A stretch of DNA of 64,000 bases, from positions 71,461 through 135,460 of the forward strand of contig CAVRNT010000002.1 of assembly GCA_963722655.1 (NCBI GenBank), written 5' to 3'. The translations under genes were made by a program, and so were the position numbers. Below, in pieces: positions 41,378 to 51,615 of this stretch. The first letter of the stretch is position 1. The number at the start of each line of letters is the position of its first letter. The notes below the pieces were generated by a model, which saw only the letters and a program-made list of their open reading frames with translations, did not search any database and was not told where the DNA came from. The DNA is from an uncultured bacterium. Lineage in GTDB: Bacteria > Patescibacteriota > Minisyncoccia > UBA6257 > GWB1-50-10.

Positions 41378-43900
41378 ATGAAAGACAAAATAATCATCAA
41401 GGGCGCCCGGGAACACAATTTGAAGAACATCAACCTGGAGATACCCCGGGACAAGATGGTCGTTTTCACTGGGCTTTCCGGCTCCGGGAAGTCATCCTTG
41501 ACTTTCGATACCATCTTCGCCGAGGGCCAGAGACGCTACATTGAGTCCCTCTCGGCCTACGCGCGGCAGTTTTTGGGGCGCCTGGACAAACCGGATGTGG
41601 ACGAGATCGAGGGCCTTTCGCCCGCCATCTCCATCGACCAAAAGCACCACAGCGCCAACCCGCGCTCAACGGTCGCGACCATCACCGAGATCTACGACTA
41701 CCTGCGCGTTCTTTTCGCGCGCGCCGGGAAGCCCTTTTGCCCCATCTGCGGCCGCGAAATCAAGAAGATGACGAACGACGAGATCGTGGACGTGGCGATC
41801 CAGATCTCGGATGAGAACAAGGAGCGGCGGAACCTCGTCGTCCTCGCCCCCGTCGTGCGGGGAAGGAAAGGGGAGTATTATCAGATGCTCTACGATTTCC
41901 TGAACGCGGGATTTTCCGAGGTGCGGATCGACGGGAAGTTCTTGAGCTTAAGGGAGCGGATCTACATTTCGCGTTACAAACAGCACACGATCGAGCTCGT
42001 CGTCGACCGCCTGCCGGCCGGGATCGATTTTTCGGAGAAGAATAATCGCGCCCGCCTCGCCGAGGCCATCGAAACCGGTTTGAAGTACGGTCACGACGTC
42101 GTGACGCTCATTACGGACAAAGAGACCTCCTTATCCGCCAAGTTCACCTGCCCAGCGGACGGCTTTTCCTTCCCGGAGATAGAACCCCGCCTCTTTTCTT
42201 TCAACAGCCCCTTCGGGGCCTGCGAGGCCTGCCACGGATTGGGGACGGAAGACATTTGGTCGGATAAGATCTGCCCGGTCTGTTTGGGGAAACGCCTGAA
42301 GCCGGAGGCCTTGAACGTGCTCATCGAGAACCGCAACGTCAGCGAAGTAGTGGATATGTCCATCAGCAACGCCTTCGAATTCTTCGAGAAACTAGAGAGC
42401 AAGATCTCCAAGAACAAGAGCTTGGCGGCCATCGCTGAGGTGCCGATGAGGGAGATAAAGAGCCGGCTGCAGTTCATGATGGACGTCGGCTTGGAATATC
42501 TCACCCTCGGCCGCAAGGCGGGGACACTCTCGGGCGGCGAGTCCCAGCGCATCCGCCTCGCCTCGCAGATCGGCTCGCGCCTCGTCGGGACCCTCTACAT
42601 ACTGGACGAGCCGACGATCGGTCTTCACCAAAGGGACAACGCCAAGCTCATCAAGACGCTCCTCGACCTGCGGGACCTCGGGAACACCATCTTGGTCGTG
42701 GAGCACGACGAAGAGACGATCCGGGCCGCCGACCACCTGGTGGACATCGGCCCGGGGGCGGGCGTCCACGGCGGGCACATCATCGCTCAAGGTCCGATGC
42801 CCCAGGTGATCAGCGACAATAATCAGGATTCGCTCACGCTGGAATATCTCCGTGGCAAACGCTTCATCGCCACGCCCAAGGAGCGGCGGAGCGTCTCCCG
42901 GCACCACGACTCGCTGCGGCTCACGAAGGTCAACGCGAACAATCTGAAGAACCTCGATCTGGAAATCCCGCTCCGGCGCTTCGTCGCCGTGACGGGCGTT
43001 TCCGGTTCGGGCAAGAGCACGCTCGTTTACGACGTCCTTTACAAGGCCCTGGCCAATACGTTCAACGGCACGCATTACAAGACGGGAACGTACGAGAACA
43101 TCTCCGGCTTGGAATACGTGAACCGGGTCATCAACATCGACCAGTCGCCGATCGGCCGGACGCCGCGTTCCAATCCCGCGACCTACGTCGGCGCCTGGAC
43201 TTTCATCCGAGACCTCTTCGCTTCAACGGACGACGCCCGCGTCCGCGGCTGGAAGCCAGGCCGCTTCAGTTTCAACGTCCGGGGAGGCCGGTGCGAGAAC
43301 TGCGAGGGTCATGGCGTGATCGCCATCGAGATGCACTTCCTCCCGACGGTTTACGTGGAATGCGAGGTCTGCCGCGGCAAGCGCTTCGACCGCGAGACCT
43401 TGGAGGTCAAATACCAAGGAAAGAACATTTATGAGGTCCTCAAGATGACGATCGAAGAGGCGACCAAATTCTTTGAGGACATTCCATGGCTCTACGATCG
43501 CCTCAAGATACTGAACGAGGTAGGCTTGGGCTACGTCGAGCTCGGCCAGTCGGCGACGACGCTCTCGGGGGGCGAGGCCCAGCGCATCAAGCTCGCCGCC
43601 GAGCTCGGCAAGCGCGATACGCGGCGGACCATCTACCTTTTGGACGAGCCGACAACCGGACTGCATTTCGCCGACGTTCAGAATCTCTTGGACGTCTTGA
43701 ACCGGCTGGTGGACCGCGGGAACACCGTGGTCGTTATCGAACACAACTTGGACGTCATTAAGACCGCTGACTGGGTCATCGATCTCGGGCCGGAGGGGGG
43801 AGAAAAGGGTGGCAAGGTCGTCGCGACCGGCACGCCAGAGGACATCGCGCACAAAGCGGGGAGCTTTACAGGCGCATATCTCAAAAAAGTATTAAAATGA
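41378..43900 (+). CDS. uvrA: excinuclease ABC subunit A
   Basis: Two ABC modules with zinc fingers. '[10 protein letters not shown]', '[12 protein letters not shown]'. Confidence 0.97.
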   Translation: MKDKIIIKGAREHNLKNINLEIPRDKMVVFTGLSGSGKSSLTFDTIFAEGQRRYIESLSAYARQFLGRLDKPDVDEIEGLSPAISIDQKHHSANPRSTVATITEIYDYLRVLFARAGKPFCPICGREIKKMTNDEIVDVAIQISDENKERRNLVVLAPVVRGRKGEYYQMLYDFLNAGFSEVRIDGKFLSLRERIYISRYKQHTIELVVDRLPAGIDFSEKNNRARLAEAIETGLKYGHDVVTLITDKETSLSAKFTCPADGFSFPEIEPRLFSFNSPFGACEACHGLGTEDIWSDKICPVCLGKRLKPEALNVLIENRNVSEVVDMSISNAFEFFEKLESKISKNKSLAAIAEVPMREIKSRLQFMMDVGLEYLTLGRKAGTLSGGESQRIRLASQIGSRLVGTLYILDEPTIGLHQRDNAKLIKTLLDLRDLGNTILVVEHDEETIRAADHLVDIGPGAGVHGGHIIAQGPMPQVISDNNQDSLTLEYLRGKRFIATPKERRSVSRHHDSLRLTKVNANNLKNLDLEIPLRRFVAVTGVSGSGKSTLVYDVLYKALANTFNGTHYKTGTYENISGLEYVNRVINIDQSPIGRTPRSNPATYVGAWTFIRDLFASTDDARVRGWKPGRFSFNVRGGRCENCEGHGVIAIEMHFLPTVYVECEVCRGKRFDRETLEVKYQGKNIYEVLKMTIEEATKFFEDIPWLYDRLKILNEVGLGYVELGQSATTLSGGEAQRIKLAAELGKRDTRRTIYLLDEPTTGLHFADVQNLLDVLNRLVDRGNTVVVIEHNLDVIKTADWVIDLGPEGGEKGGKVVATGTPEDIAHKAGSFTGAYLKKVLK

Positions 43901-44760
43901 GACCGATGAAGCAAAAAACCATCGGTTTGGCCCTCGGGGGAGGGGGTGCGCGGGGCTTGGCTCACATCGGTATCATCAAGGCCCTCATCGAGGCCGGTTT
44001 CAAAATAAATTACATCGCCGGCACCTCGATGGGCGCGCTCGTGGGCGGCTTTTACGCCGCGACCGGCGACCTCTCCTTCATGGAAAACACCTTCCGTTCC
44101 GTGACCGAAAAGGATATGCTCTCGCTCCGGAAGATCACCAAGCACAAGGACGGATTACTCTTCAAACCGAAACATCCGATCAGCAAGATATTGGAAAACT
44201 ACGTCTCCGGCACGCCAATCGAGAGGTGCCACATACCTTTCAAGGCAATCGCGACGGACGCGAACACGGGGATGGAGGTGGTGCTCGATAAGGGCGATCT
44301 CGTGCGGGCGGTCGAGGCGAGCGTGGCCTTACCGGCCATCTTTCCGCCGGTCACAATTGACGGGCATCTACTGGTGGACGGCGGTCTCGTGAATCCAGTC
44401 CCGGCCGACATCGCGCGGCAGATGGGCGCCGATTACGTGATCGCCGTTGACGTCTCGAAGCACTGGCCGGACATCTCGAAGGACACCGTGAGCATCCGCG
44501 GCATCAAATCCATCATCACCGACGCCTTTTCGGCGATGGAGTTCCAGCTCTCCCGGGAGATCCTCAAGGAGGCCGACCTCGTGATGCGGCCCTTGATCGC
44601 CGGCCACACTTGGATGGATTTTGCCCACGCCGCCGAGCTCATCACCGCCGGCGAGAACGAGGCGACGCGGTACATCAGAGAGATCAGGAGAGCCACCGGT
44701 TATCCCGAACCGAAGCGCACCGGTTTCCAGAAGTTCCTAGACTTCATTTCCGAGGAATGA
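43897..44760 (+). CDS. patatin-like phospholipase
   Basis: 'GLALGGGGARG' oxyanion motif, 'GTSMGA' nucleophile elbow, and 'DGG' Asp dyad. Confidence 0.85.
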   Translation: MRPMKQKTIGLALGGGGARGLAHIGIIKALIEAGFKINYIAGTSMGALVGGFYAATGDLSFMENTFRSVTEKDMLSLRKITKHKDGLLFKPKHPISKILENYVSGTPIERCHIPFKAIATDANTGMEVVLDKGDLVRAVEASVALPAIFPPVTIDGHLLVDGGLVNPVPADIARQMGADYVIAVDVSKHWPDISKDTVSIRGIKSIITDAFSAMEFQLSREILKEADLVMRPLIAGHTWMDFAHAAELITAGENEATRYIREIRRATGYPEPKRTGFQKFLDFISEE

Positions 44761-45947
44761 ACTTGTACTCCAAACTTCCCGATACGCCGGGAGTTTACAT
44801 AATGAAGGACGCCGCGGGGCGCATTCTTTACGTCGGCAAGGCGGTAAATCTAAAACGCCGCGTCTCCAGTTATTTTTTGCGCCCGCACGACGCGCGCATC
44901 GAAGGCCTCGTGCGACGCATAAAGAAGATAGACCACAAAAATACCGACACCGCGATCGAGGCGCTCATATTGGAATCGGCTCTCATCAAGAGGTATCAGC
45001 CGCCCTTTAACGTCCGCGAGAAGGACGACAAGAGCTTCCTTTTCGTCGAGATCACGGACGAAAAGTTCCCGCGCGCCCTTTTGGCGCGCGGCAAGGACAA
45101 GCCGAACGGCCGGCGTTATGGGCCGTTCACATCCGCCTCAAGCGTCAGAGAGGCCTTGCGTCTCATTCGACGCATTTTTCCTTACCCGACCCATCCGACA
45201 CCGGCGAAACTTCTTGCAAGGCCTTGTTTCGACTACCAGATCGGCCTTTGCCCCGGCACATGCATCGGCGCCATAAGTCGCCGGGATTACATGAGAAATA
45301 TCCGAAACATCGAGCTGCTCTTTGATGGCAAAAAGGGGAAGATCGTGAAGAACTTGGAGAAGGCGATGCGCGAGGCGAGCGCCAAAACGAATTTCGAGAA
45401 GGCCGAGAAGTACAAACGCCAGCTCTTCGCCCTGCGCCACATTCAGGACGTCGCGCTGATTAAGGACGATCAGATAGAGACAAGGAATAAGAGACAAGAG
45501 ACAAGGATCGAAGGCTACGATATTTCCAACATTTCCGGGACTTCAGCCGTCGGTTCAATGGTCGTTTTTACGGACAACGAGCCGGACAAGACCGAATACC
45601 GCAAATTCAAGATCAGGACCGTCTCCGGCTCGGACGATCTTGCGATGCTCCGCGAGGTGATCGAGAGGCGTTTGAAAAATGATTGGCCCTTGCCGAACCT
45701 TTTTCTCATTGACGGCGGCCGGGGGCAGGTGAGCGCCGTAAAAACCATCGTCTCAAAAAGCGGCCGGCCAATACCCGTCATCGGCATCGCCAAGGGGCCG
45801 GAACGTAAGCGGAACGACATTATCGGGAAGATACCGGCCTTCACGGACAAAAAAACGCTCATCCGGGTGAGGGATGAGGCGCATCGCTTCGCCATCGCTT
45901 ATCACAGAAAACTCAGAAAGAATAATTTCATTCCGCAGGGTCACTAA
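44757..45947 (+). CDS. uvrC: excinuclease ABC subunit C, short form lacking the C-terminal (HhH)2 domain
   Basis: GIY-YIG 'PGVYIMKDAAGRILYVGKAVNLKRRVSSYF', UVR motif 'FEKAEKYKRQLFALRHI', RNase-H-like 'LIDGGRGQ...RDEAHRFAIAYHRKLR'. The ATG overlaps the patatin stop (ATGA). Confidence 0.85.
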   Translation: MNLYSKLPDTPGVYIMKDAAGRILYVGKAVNLKRRVSSYFLRPHDARIEGLVRRIKKIDHKNTDTAIEALILESALIKRYQPPFNVREKDDKSFLFVEITDEKFPRALLARGKDKPNGRRYGPFTSASSVREALRLIRRIFPYPTHPTPAKLLARPCFDYQIGLCPGTCIGAISRRDYMRNIRNIELLFDGKKGKIVKNLEKAMREASAKTNFEKAEKYKRQLFALRHIQDVALIKDDQIETRNKRQETRIEGYDISNISGTSAVGSMVVFTDNEPDKTEYRKFKIRTVSGSDDLAMLREVIERRLKNDWPLPNLFLIDGGRGQVSAVKTIVSKSGRPIPVIGIAKGPERKRNDIIGKIPAFTDKKTLIRVRDEAHRFAIAYHRKLRKNNFIPQGH

Positions 45948-46013
45948 GCCGAAAAAGTGTGCGCTCCGGGCCGCTAGGCCAAGTCTTACCCACTTTTTCA
46001 GCTTACTGCCCTT

Positions 46014-46418
46014 TTATCTATTCTCTTTCGTCTCCAGTGAAGTGGCGTCGGGCTCTTCAGGTTTTAGATAGGTCTCGTTCAAAAAATTGTCCGCTTCCAC
46101 CTTGAAGGCGGTCTCTTTTTCAGGATCGCCGAAGATGCGCGTGTTGAAATCCATGTCGTCTTTGATGTACTTCGCCACTTCTTTGGCCGACTCCTCGCTT
46201 TCCATGGCCTTCACCGTATCCAGCGTTTGCTTCGTCATCGCGACAAAGGCATTGGTGATCAGTCCCATCTCTTTGTTTTTTATCCAATTCCGCACGTCTT
46301 CCCGGCCCTTGAAAGCATCGAAAAGCTTGCCGGAGATCATATCCGGCGTTAGGAGTTTCTTTTCTTCCTCCGCCTTGCTCTCCGGCTTCTTAGGGAAGTT
46401 CATCTTTTCCATAGACAT
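46014..46418 (-). CDS. acidic hypothetical protein
   Basis: 134 aa ORF. No domain recognised. Confidence 0.4.
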   Translation of the reverse strand: MSMEKMNFPKKPESKAEEEKKLLTPDMISGKLFDAFKGREDVRNWIKNKEMGLITNAFVAMTKQTLDTVKAMESEESAKEVAKYIKDDMDFNTRIFGDPEKETAFKVEADNFLNETYLKPEEPDATSLETKENR

Positions 46419-46489
46419 AAAATCTTCGATATTTTACGCCTAAACGGCAGAAAAATCAAGCTGATCGTCCATCGGGGCCAACGGTCGCC

Positions 46490-47581
46490 TCAAAGCACTG
46501 GCTGGTACTTCTTCTCCCTGAAAAGGTAACCTTCCAGGGAATACCGATCGTAACCGTAGAAGATATAGGCGATGGGGATGCCGATGAGGATGAGGTGCGG
46601 CCAGACGATCTCTCCGAAAAAGAGCAAAGAGAGGGTGAGCCAGAAAAGGAAAAAGAGCGAAGTGAAACGGATCTCTATTCCCAGTATGAAGAAGAGGCCG
46701 ATGAGGAGCTCGACGATCGCCGCGCCGAGAACGAGGAAATGCGGCTCAAAGCCTAGGAGTTTGTCGAGGTGGTACTGTTCAACGGTGAAGAGCGCCAAAT
46801 TATTATGGATTATCTTGGCGTACGCGGAGGCGTAGATGAGGGCGATGCCGAAGAGAACCCGCAGGATGGCGAAACTCCGCGGTTTCAGATATTCCCCGAC
46901 TTTGGAAAGCAACGTCGTGCCGGCCGGTCCTGCATTTACCGCTCTTTCGCGCCGACGAGCGATATACGTGTCAAAACTCAAACCGTGAGCACCGAGAATG
47001 AGAAGAACGATGATCTCGCCGAGATAGTTCACGTACGTGAGCATATAGATACCGTGGAACCAAATAGTAAAACCGAAAATCACAAGGGCGACAAAAGCGG
47101 CGGGCCGGACCCATAAGCCGATGATGGCCAAAACACCAAGGATCGCGAAAATACTGGTCAAAATTCCCGAGAACGGCCCAAAGGTCGAGAAAAGCGGCAA
47201 CTCCGGTCCGAACGTTGCCTGATAGTAAGCGCAGGCGAGGAAAGAAACACCGATGGTCAATCGCGCAATGAAGGGCGCGTATTTCTTCATCTTTACAAAG
47301 ACCGGATCAAGCCAGCGCTCGATAAAACGCAGAGTTGAGATCAAGAAAACGCAGAGAACGGTGAGGACGGCAATAAAAGCCCAGAGAACGAATTGATGCA
47401 AGTTCTGGACGACAACGTTCCACATATTGAACGAGGGTATGCTTACGGCCTCGTCGATCGAAGAGGATGAGAGAACATAGACCTCGTGGGCCGAGGCCAG
47501 GCCGGGCAAGGCCGCAAGGGACAAGAAAAAAGAGGCCAAACCGAACCTCGCCAATCTTCTCCAAATTGGCGCGAGGAGCAT
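46490..47581 (-). CDS. polytopic integral membrane protein (hypothetical)
   Basis: 363 aa with ~8 hydrophobic segments and a signal-like N-terminus. Confidence 0.55.
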   Translation of the reverse strand: MLLAPIWRRLARFGLASFFLSLAALPGLASAHEVYVLSSSSIDEAVSIPSFNMWNVVVQNLHQFVLWAFIAVLTVLCVFLISTLRFIERWLDPVFVKMKKYAPFIARLTIGVSFLACAYYQATFGPELPLFSTFGPFSGILTSIFAILGVLAIIGLWVRPAAFVALVIFGFTIWFHGIYMLTYVNYLGEIIVLLILGAHGLSFDTYIARRRERAVNAGPAGTTLLSKVGEYLKPRSFAILRVLFGIALIYASAYAKIIHNNLALFTVEQYHLDKLLGFEPHFLVLGAAIVELLIGLFFILGIEIRFTSLFFLFWLTLSLLFFGEIVWPHLILIGIPIAYIFYGYDRYSLEGYLFREKKYQPVL

Positions 47582-47648
47582 ATTGCCTTGATTGTACCAT
47601 AATCTGGTATAATCGGGTCAGTACAAGCACCACAACCAACTGAAGGGA

Positions 47649-47954
47649 ATGGCCATGACCACGATCAGTGTGGCGCGCGAAAAGATCGACAGGGTCTTGG
47701 GAACCGGAGCGGCGAAGAACCCTCCGAAGAAATTGGCGGATAGTATCGGTTCCGCCATCGCTAGAAAGCTCTATACCGGCGATTTTGCAGCGATCGACCT
47801 TAGCAGTATTAAAGTGGAAAAGAGCTGGGATGGCCGCATCATAGAGATACAGTTCACTAAGAGCGATGATAAATGCGGCGATGCTTCCGTCGCATCGGCA
47901 GTTAAGAAGGTTCAAGACCTATTTGAAAATCCCGAAGCGCACCACGATATCTAA
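47649..47954 (+). CDS. small hypothetical protein
   Basis: 101 aa ORF. A 'gaaggga' SD-like sequence sits upstream. Confidence 0.4.
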   Translation: MAMTTISVAREKIDRVLGTGAAKNPPKKLADSIGSAIARKLYTGDFAAIDLSSIKVEKSWDGRIIEIQFTKSDDKCGDASVASAVKKVQDLFENPEAHHDI

Positions 47955-48050
47955 GGGGCCCGTTCTGCAGCGGGCCCGAATTTTTTGACTAACGTGAGTT
48001 TTTCTGGTTTAATGAAATTCAACGGAAATCCGCAGAGGATTCGTTTTTTT

Positions 48051-49871
48051 ATGGAAAAGAAAGACATTAGGAACATCGCAATAATAGCGCACGTCGATCA
48101 CGGAAAGACCACGCTCGTCGACGCGCTTTTGAAGCAATCGGACGGCTTCCGGATGAAGAGCGACGCGCCCCAGGAGCTCATCATGGACTCGAACGAGCTG
48201 GAACGGGAGCGGGGGATTACCATCTTCTCCAAGAACGCAGCGGTGCACTACCAAGGCATCAAGATCAACATCGTGGATACGCCCGGCCACGCCGATTTCG
48301 GCGGCGAAGTGGAACGAATAATGCGGATGGTGGACGGCGTCCTCCTCCTCGTGGACGCGAAGGAAGGCCCGATGCCTCAGACGAAGTTCGTCCTGCGGAA
48401 AGCCATCGAGGCCGGCCACAAGGTCATTGTGGTCATCAATAAGATCGACAAGCCCGACGCCCGGCCAGGCTGGGTCTTGAGCGCCACTTACGACCTCTTC
48501 ATCGAGCTCGGGGCGACGGACGAGCAGATCGAGTTCCCGGTCATCTACGCCTCGGCCGTCCAGGGCAAAGCGGGCCTCAAACCCGAACTCGCCTGGATGA
48601 ATGACGTGCGGCCCATCTTCGAGATGATTATCTCCTACGTCCCGGCCCCGGCCGCGGACGACTTGAAGCCGCTCCAAATGCTCACCGTCTCCCTCATCTA
48701 CGACAACTACAAGGGTAAGGTGGCCGTCGGCCGGATCTACGCCGGCAAGGTGAAGAAGGGGATGACGGTCGTCCACATCGACCGGAAAGGCAACGCTCAA
48801 AAGGCGCAGCTTTCGGCCGTGATGCTCTTCGACGGCTTGAGCCGTGTGGACGTCGAGGAAGCCGCCTCCGGCGACATCGCTGCCATTGCCGGTATCTCCG
48901 ATATTTCTATAGGCGAAACGATCGCCGACGCCGAGAACCCGGTCGCTTTGCCCATCATCCACATCGACGAACCGACCATCAAGATGACCTTCGGCGTGAA
49001 CACCTCGCCCTTCGCCGGCAAAGAAGGGGAGTACACCACTTCCCGGAACATCAAGGAACGCCTGGAACACGAGCTCGAGACGGACGTGGCGCTTTCCGTC
49101 ACCCCGACCGAGTCCTTCGACCGCTGGACCGTCGCCGGACGCGGTGAGCTCCACCTCGCCATCCTCATCGAGAAGATGCGGCGCGAGGGCTTCGAACTGG
49201 AGGTCTCGAAACCGCAGGTTATTTTCCACGAAAAGGACGGCCGGCGACTCGAGCCGATGGAGCTCGTTTCGATCGAGGTGCAGGAGACCTATGCCGGCGT
49301 CGTCATCGAGATGCTCGGCAAGCGCCTGGGCGTGATGAAGGACATGCGGGTGGACGGCACCACAAATCACTTGGACTTCGCCGTCCCGACCCGGGGACTC
49401 ATCGGCATCCGGAACGAATTTTTGACCGCGACCAAAGGCACGGGAATAATGAACTCCATCTTTTTGGGCTATGAGGAATACAAGGGCGACCTCCGGGACG
49501 ATCCGCACGGCTCGATCGTCACGACGGAAACGGGGCTGACGAACAACTACGGCCTGGTCTCCGCCCAGGGGCGGGGCAAGCTCTTCGCCTCGGCCGGCGT
49601 TCCGGTCTATGAAGGGATGGTCATCGGGGTGAACGCCAAAGCCGGGGATATGCCGGTGAACGCCTGCCGGGCGCGGGAACTCACCAACTTCCGGGCCAAG
49701 AACGAGGGATTGAGCGACCAGCTCGAGGTGCCGCTCACGCTCACCCTGGAGGACGCCTTGAACTACATCGGCGACGACGAGCTCGTCGAGGTGACGCCCA
49801 AAAGCGTCCGCATCCGCAAAAAGCTCCTCACCGACAATGAAAGGCGAAGGGCGCGGCGTGCGGGCGAATGA
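48051..49871 (+). CDS. typA: translational GTPase TypA/BipA
   Basis: '[19 protein letters not shown]', '[14 protein letters not shown]'. Confidence 0.95.
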   Translation: MEKKDIRNIAIIAHVDHGKTTLVDALLKQSDGFRMKSDAPQELIMDSNELERERGITIFSKNAAVHYQGIKINIVDTPGHADFGGEVERIMRMVDGVLLLVDAKEGPMPQTKFVLRKAIEAGHKVIVVINKIDKPDARPGWVLSATYDLFIELGATDEQIEFPVIYASAVQGKAGLKPELAWMNDVRPIFEMIISYVPAPAADDLKPLQMLTVSLIYDNYKGKVAVGRIYAGKVKKGMTVVHIDRKGNAQKAQLSAVMLFDGLSRVDVEEAASGDIAAIAGISDISIGETIADAENPVALPIIHIDEPTIKMTFGVNTSPFAGKEGEYTTSRNIKERLEHELETDVALSVTPTESFDRWTVAGRGELHLAILIEKMRREGFELEVSKPQVIFHEKDGRRLEPMELVSIEVQETYAGVVIEMLGKRLGVMKDMRVDGTTNHLDFAVPTRGLIGIRNEFLTATKGTGIMNSIFLGYEEYKGDLRDDPHGSIVTTETGLTNNYGLVSAQGRGKLFASAGVPVYEGMVIGVNAKAGDMPVNACRARELTNFRAKNEGLSDQLEVPLTLTLEDALNYIGDDELVEVTPKSVRIRKKLLTDNERRRARRAGE

Positions 49872-49920
49872 CGAATCAGGTATAATAGAGGAAAGGTCGT
49901 CTATTTAAATCAAAACTGAT

Positions 49921-50250
49921 ATGGATATGAAGAACGAAGGCCACCCGGAGGGCTGCAAGTGCATGCTCTGCCAGGGCGGCAAGTGCGAGATGTGCGGGAT
50001 GAAGCATGGCTGCGGCATGGGTTGCGGCTACGGATATGGCTGTGGTTTCGGTCACCACCGGCATGTGTTGATCAGGATCATCATCGCCATCGTGATCGCC
50101 TCAGCGATCTTCTGGATCGGCACCCGCATCGGCGCCGTCATGGGCGGCTTCGGTTACGGACCGGGCTACCGGATGATGTATCGCGGCGGCTATTACCCGA
50201 TGATGGGCTACTGGCAAAACGCGACGGGCACTCCGTCGACGGCTAAATAG
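49921..50250 (+). CDS. Cys-rich / Gly-Tyr-Met-rich small membrane protein
   Basis: 'GCKCMLCQGGKCEMCGMKHGCGMGCGYGYGCGFGHH', then a TM 'VLIRIIIAIVIASAIFWIG', then 'GGFGYGPGYRMMYRGGYYPMMGYW'. Confidence 0.5.
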   Translation: MDMKNEGHPEGCKCMLCQGGKCEMCGMKHGCGMGCGYGYGCGFGHHRHVLIRIIIAIVIASAIFWIGTRIGAVMGGFGYGPGYRMMYRGGYYPMMGYWQNATGTPSTAK

Positions 50251-50266
50251 CAAGAACACAAACCAG

Positions 50267-50294
50267 AAAAACGCCCTTTTGAAGGGCGTTTTTC
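50267..50294 (+). terminator. rho-independent terminator
   Basis: aaaaacgccctt-ttg-aagggcgttttt. Confidence 0.75.
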
Positions 50295-50353
50295 GCACCA
50301 AAGGGAGTGCTCCCGGCGTATTAAGGGAGACTAAGCCGACTTCTGGCTTTAAT

Positions 50354-50866
50354 ATGAAGAAGTTATTTTTCTCATTGTCACTCATAGCGGCCTTTTTTGT
50401 TTACCTCATCCTCAAACGCTCCGGGGGGACGGTGGCCATCGCGCCGGCGACTCCGGTGAACACGGCTGGCACCGGACCGAAGAAGCCGACGCCTTCGGCG
50501 CCGGTCGCCCAAACGACGCCGACCCCGTCGCAAACGCCCACGACCCCGACCGCTCCGGCGCCGCAACCGAAACCGAATGGACTTTACAACGATGGGACCT
50601 ACGTGGGCAGCGTCGCCGACGCCTATTATGGCAATGTTCAAGTGAAAGCGATCATCCAAAACGGCAAGATCGCCGACGTCCAGTTCCTCCAATATCCCAA
50701 CGACCGGGGCACTTCGATCGAGATCAACTCCCAAGCGATGCCATACTTGAAGCAGGAAGCGATCCAAGCCCAGAACGCCCAAGTCGACGTCATCTCCGGC
50801 GCCACTCAGACGAGCGCGGCCTTCGTCCAGTCCTTGAGCGATGCCCTCGCTCAAGCCAAAGCCTGA
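50354..50866 (+). CDS. exported FMN-binding domain protein (flavinylation substrate)
   Basis: Signal peptide. 'DGTYVGSVADAYYGNVQVKAIIQNGKIADV' and 'DVISGATQTSAA', which contains the [S/T]GAT covalent-FMN motif. Confidence 0.75.
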   Translation: MKKLFFSLSLIAAFFVYLILKRSGGTVAIAPATPVNTAGTGPKKPTPSAPVAQTTPTPSQTPTTPTAPAPQPKPNGLYNDGTYVGSVADAYYGNVQVKAIIQNGKIADVQFLQYPNDRGTSIEINSQAMPYLKQEAIQAQNAQVDVISGATQTSAAFVQSLSDALAQAKA

Positions 50867-50868
50867 AC

Positions 50869-51615
50869 ATGAGAGAGACCAGAACGATAATGGGAATGCC
50901 GATCACGGTGGAAATCGTCGACCCTAAGGCCTCGGAAGGTATCTTCGACGAGGTCTTTTCTTATTTCGAATACGTGGACGAAAAGTTCAGCCCATACAAA
51001 GAGGGAAGCGAACTTTCCCTCCTGAACTCCGGCGCGATCGCCGAGGACGATCGGAGCGAGGACATGCGCCTGGTCCTTGAGCTCGCCGAAGAGACCAAAC
51101 GGGAGACCGGCGGCTATTTCGACGTTCGGAACCGCGAAGGTCTCATTGACCCTTCCGGCCTCGTAAAGGGATGGGCGATCCGGAACGCCGCCCGCATCAT
51201 CGCCGAGCGGGGCTATGAGAACTTCTTCGTCGACGCCGGCGGCGACGTCACCGTGCGGGGTAAAAGCGGGCAAGGGCAAGCTTGGACCATTGGCATTCGG
51301 AACCCGTTCGCCCGGGACGGCATCGTCAAGGTCGTGCGGCTCGAAAATAGAGGCGGGATCGCGACCTCCGGCACCTACGTCCGCGGCCAGCATATCTGGA
51401 ACCCCAAAGACAAAAGCCGGCTGCTCACCGACCTTGCGAGCGTCACCGTCATCGGACCGGACGTCTACGACGCCGACCGTTTCGCTACGGCCGCCTTCGC
51501 CATGGGCCGGGAGGGGGCAAACCTTATTGAGCGGCTACCCGGACTCGAGGGATATTTCATCGACAAGGATGGCATGGCGACGATGACAAGCGGTTTTGAA
51601 AAATATGTGGCGTAA
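50869..51615 (+). CDS. apbE: FAD:protein FMN transferase ApbE
   Basis: 'MGMPITVEI', 'GLVKGWAI', 'FVDAGGDVTVRG', 'GGIATSGTYVRG'. Confidence 0.85.
   Translation: MRETRTIMGMPITVEIVDPKASEGIFDEVFSYFEYVDEKFSPYKEGSELSLLNSGAIAEDDRSEDMRLVLELAEETKRETGGYFDVRNREGLIDPSGLVKGWAIRNAARIIAERGYENFFVDAGGDVTVRGKSGQGQAWTIGIRNPFARDGIVKVVRLENRGGIATSGTYVRGQHIWNPKDKSRLLTDLASVTVIGPDVYDADRFATAAFAMGREGANLIERLPGLEGYFIDKDGMATMTSGFEKYVA

Noticed and set aside
48009-49508. 499-aa minus-strand ORF
   Set aside because: Antisense to typA
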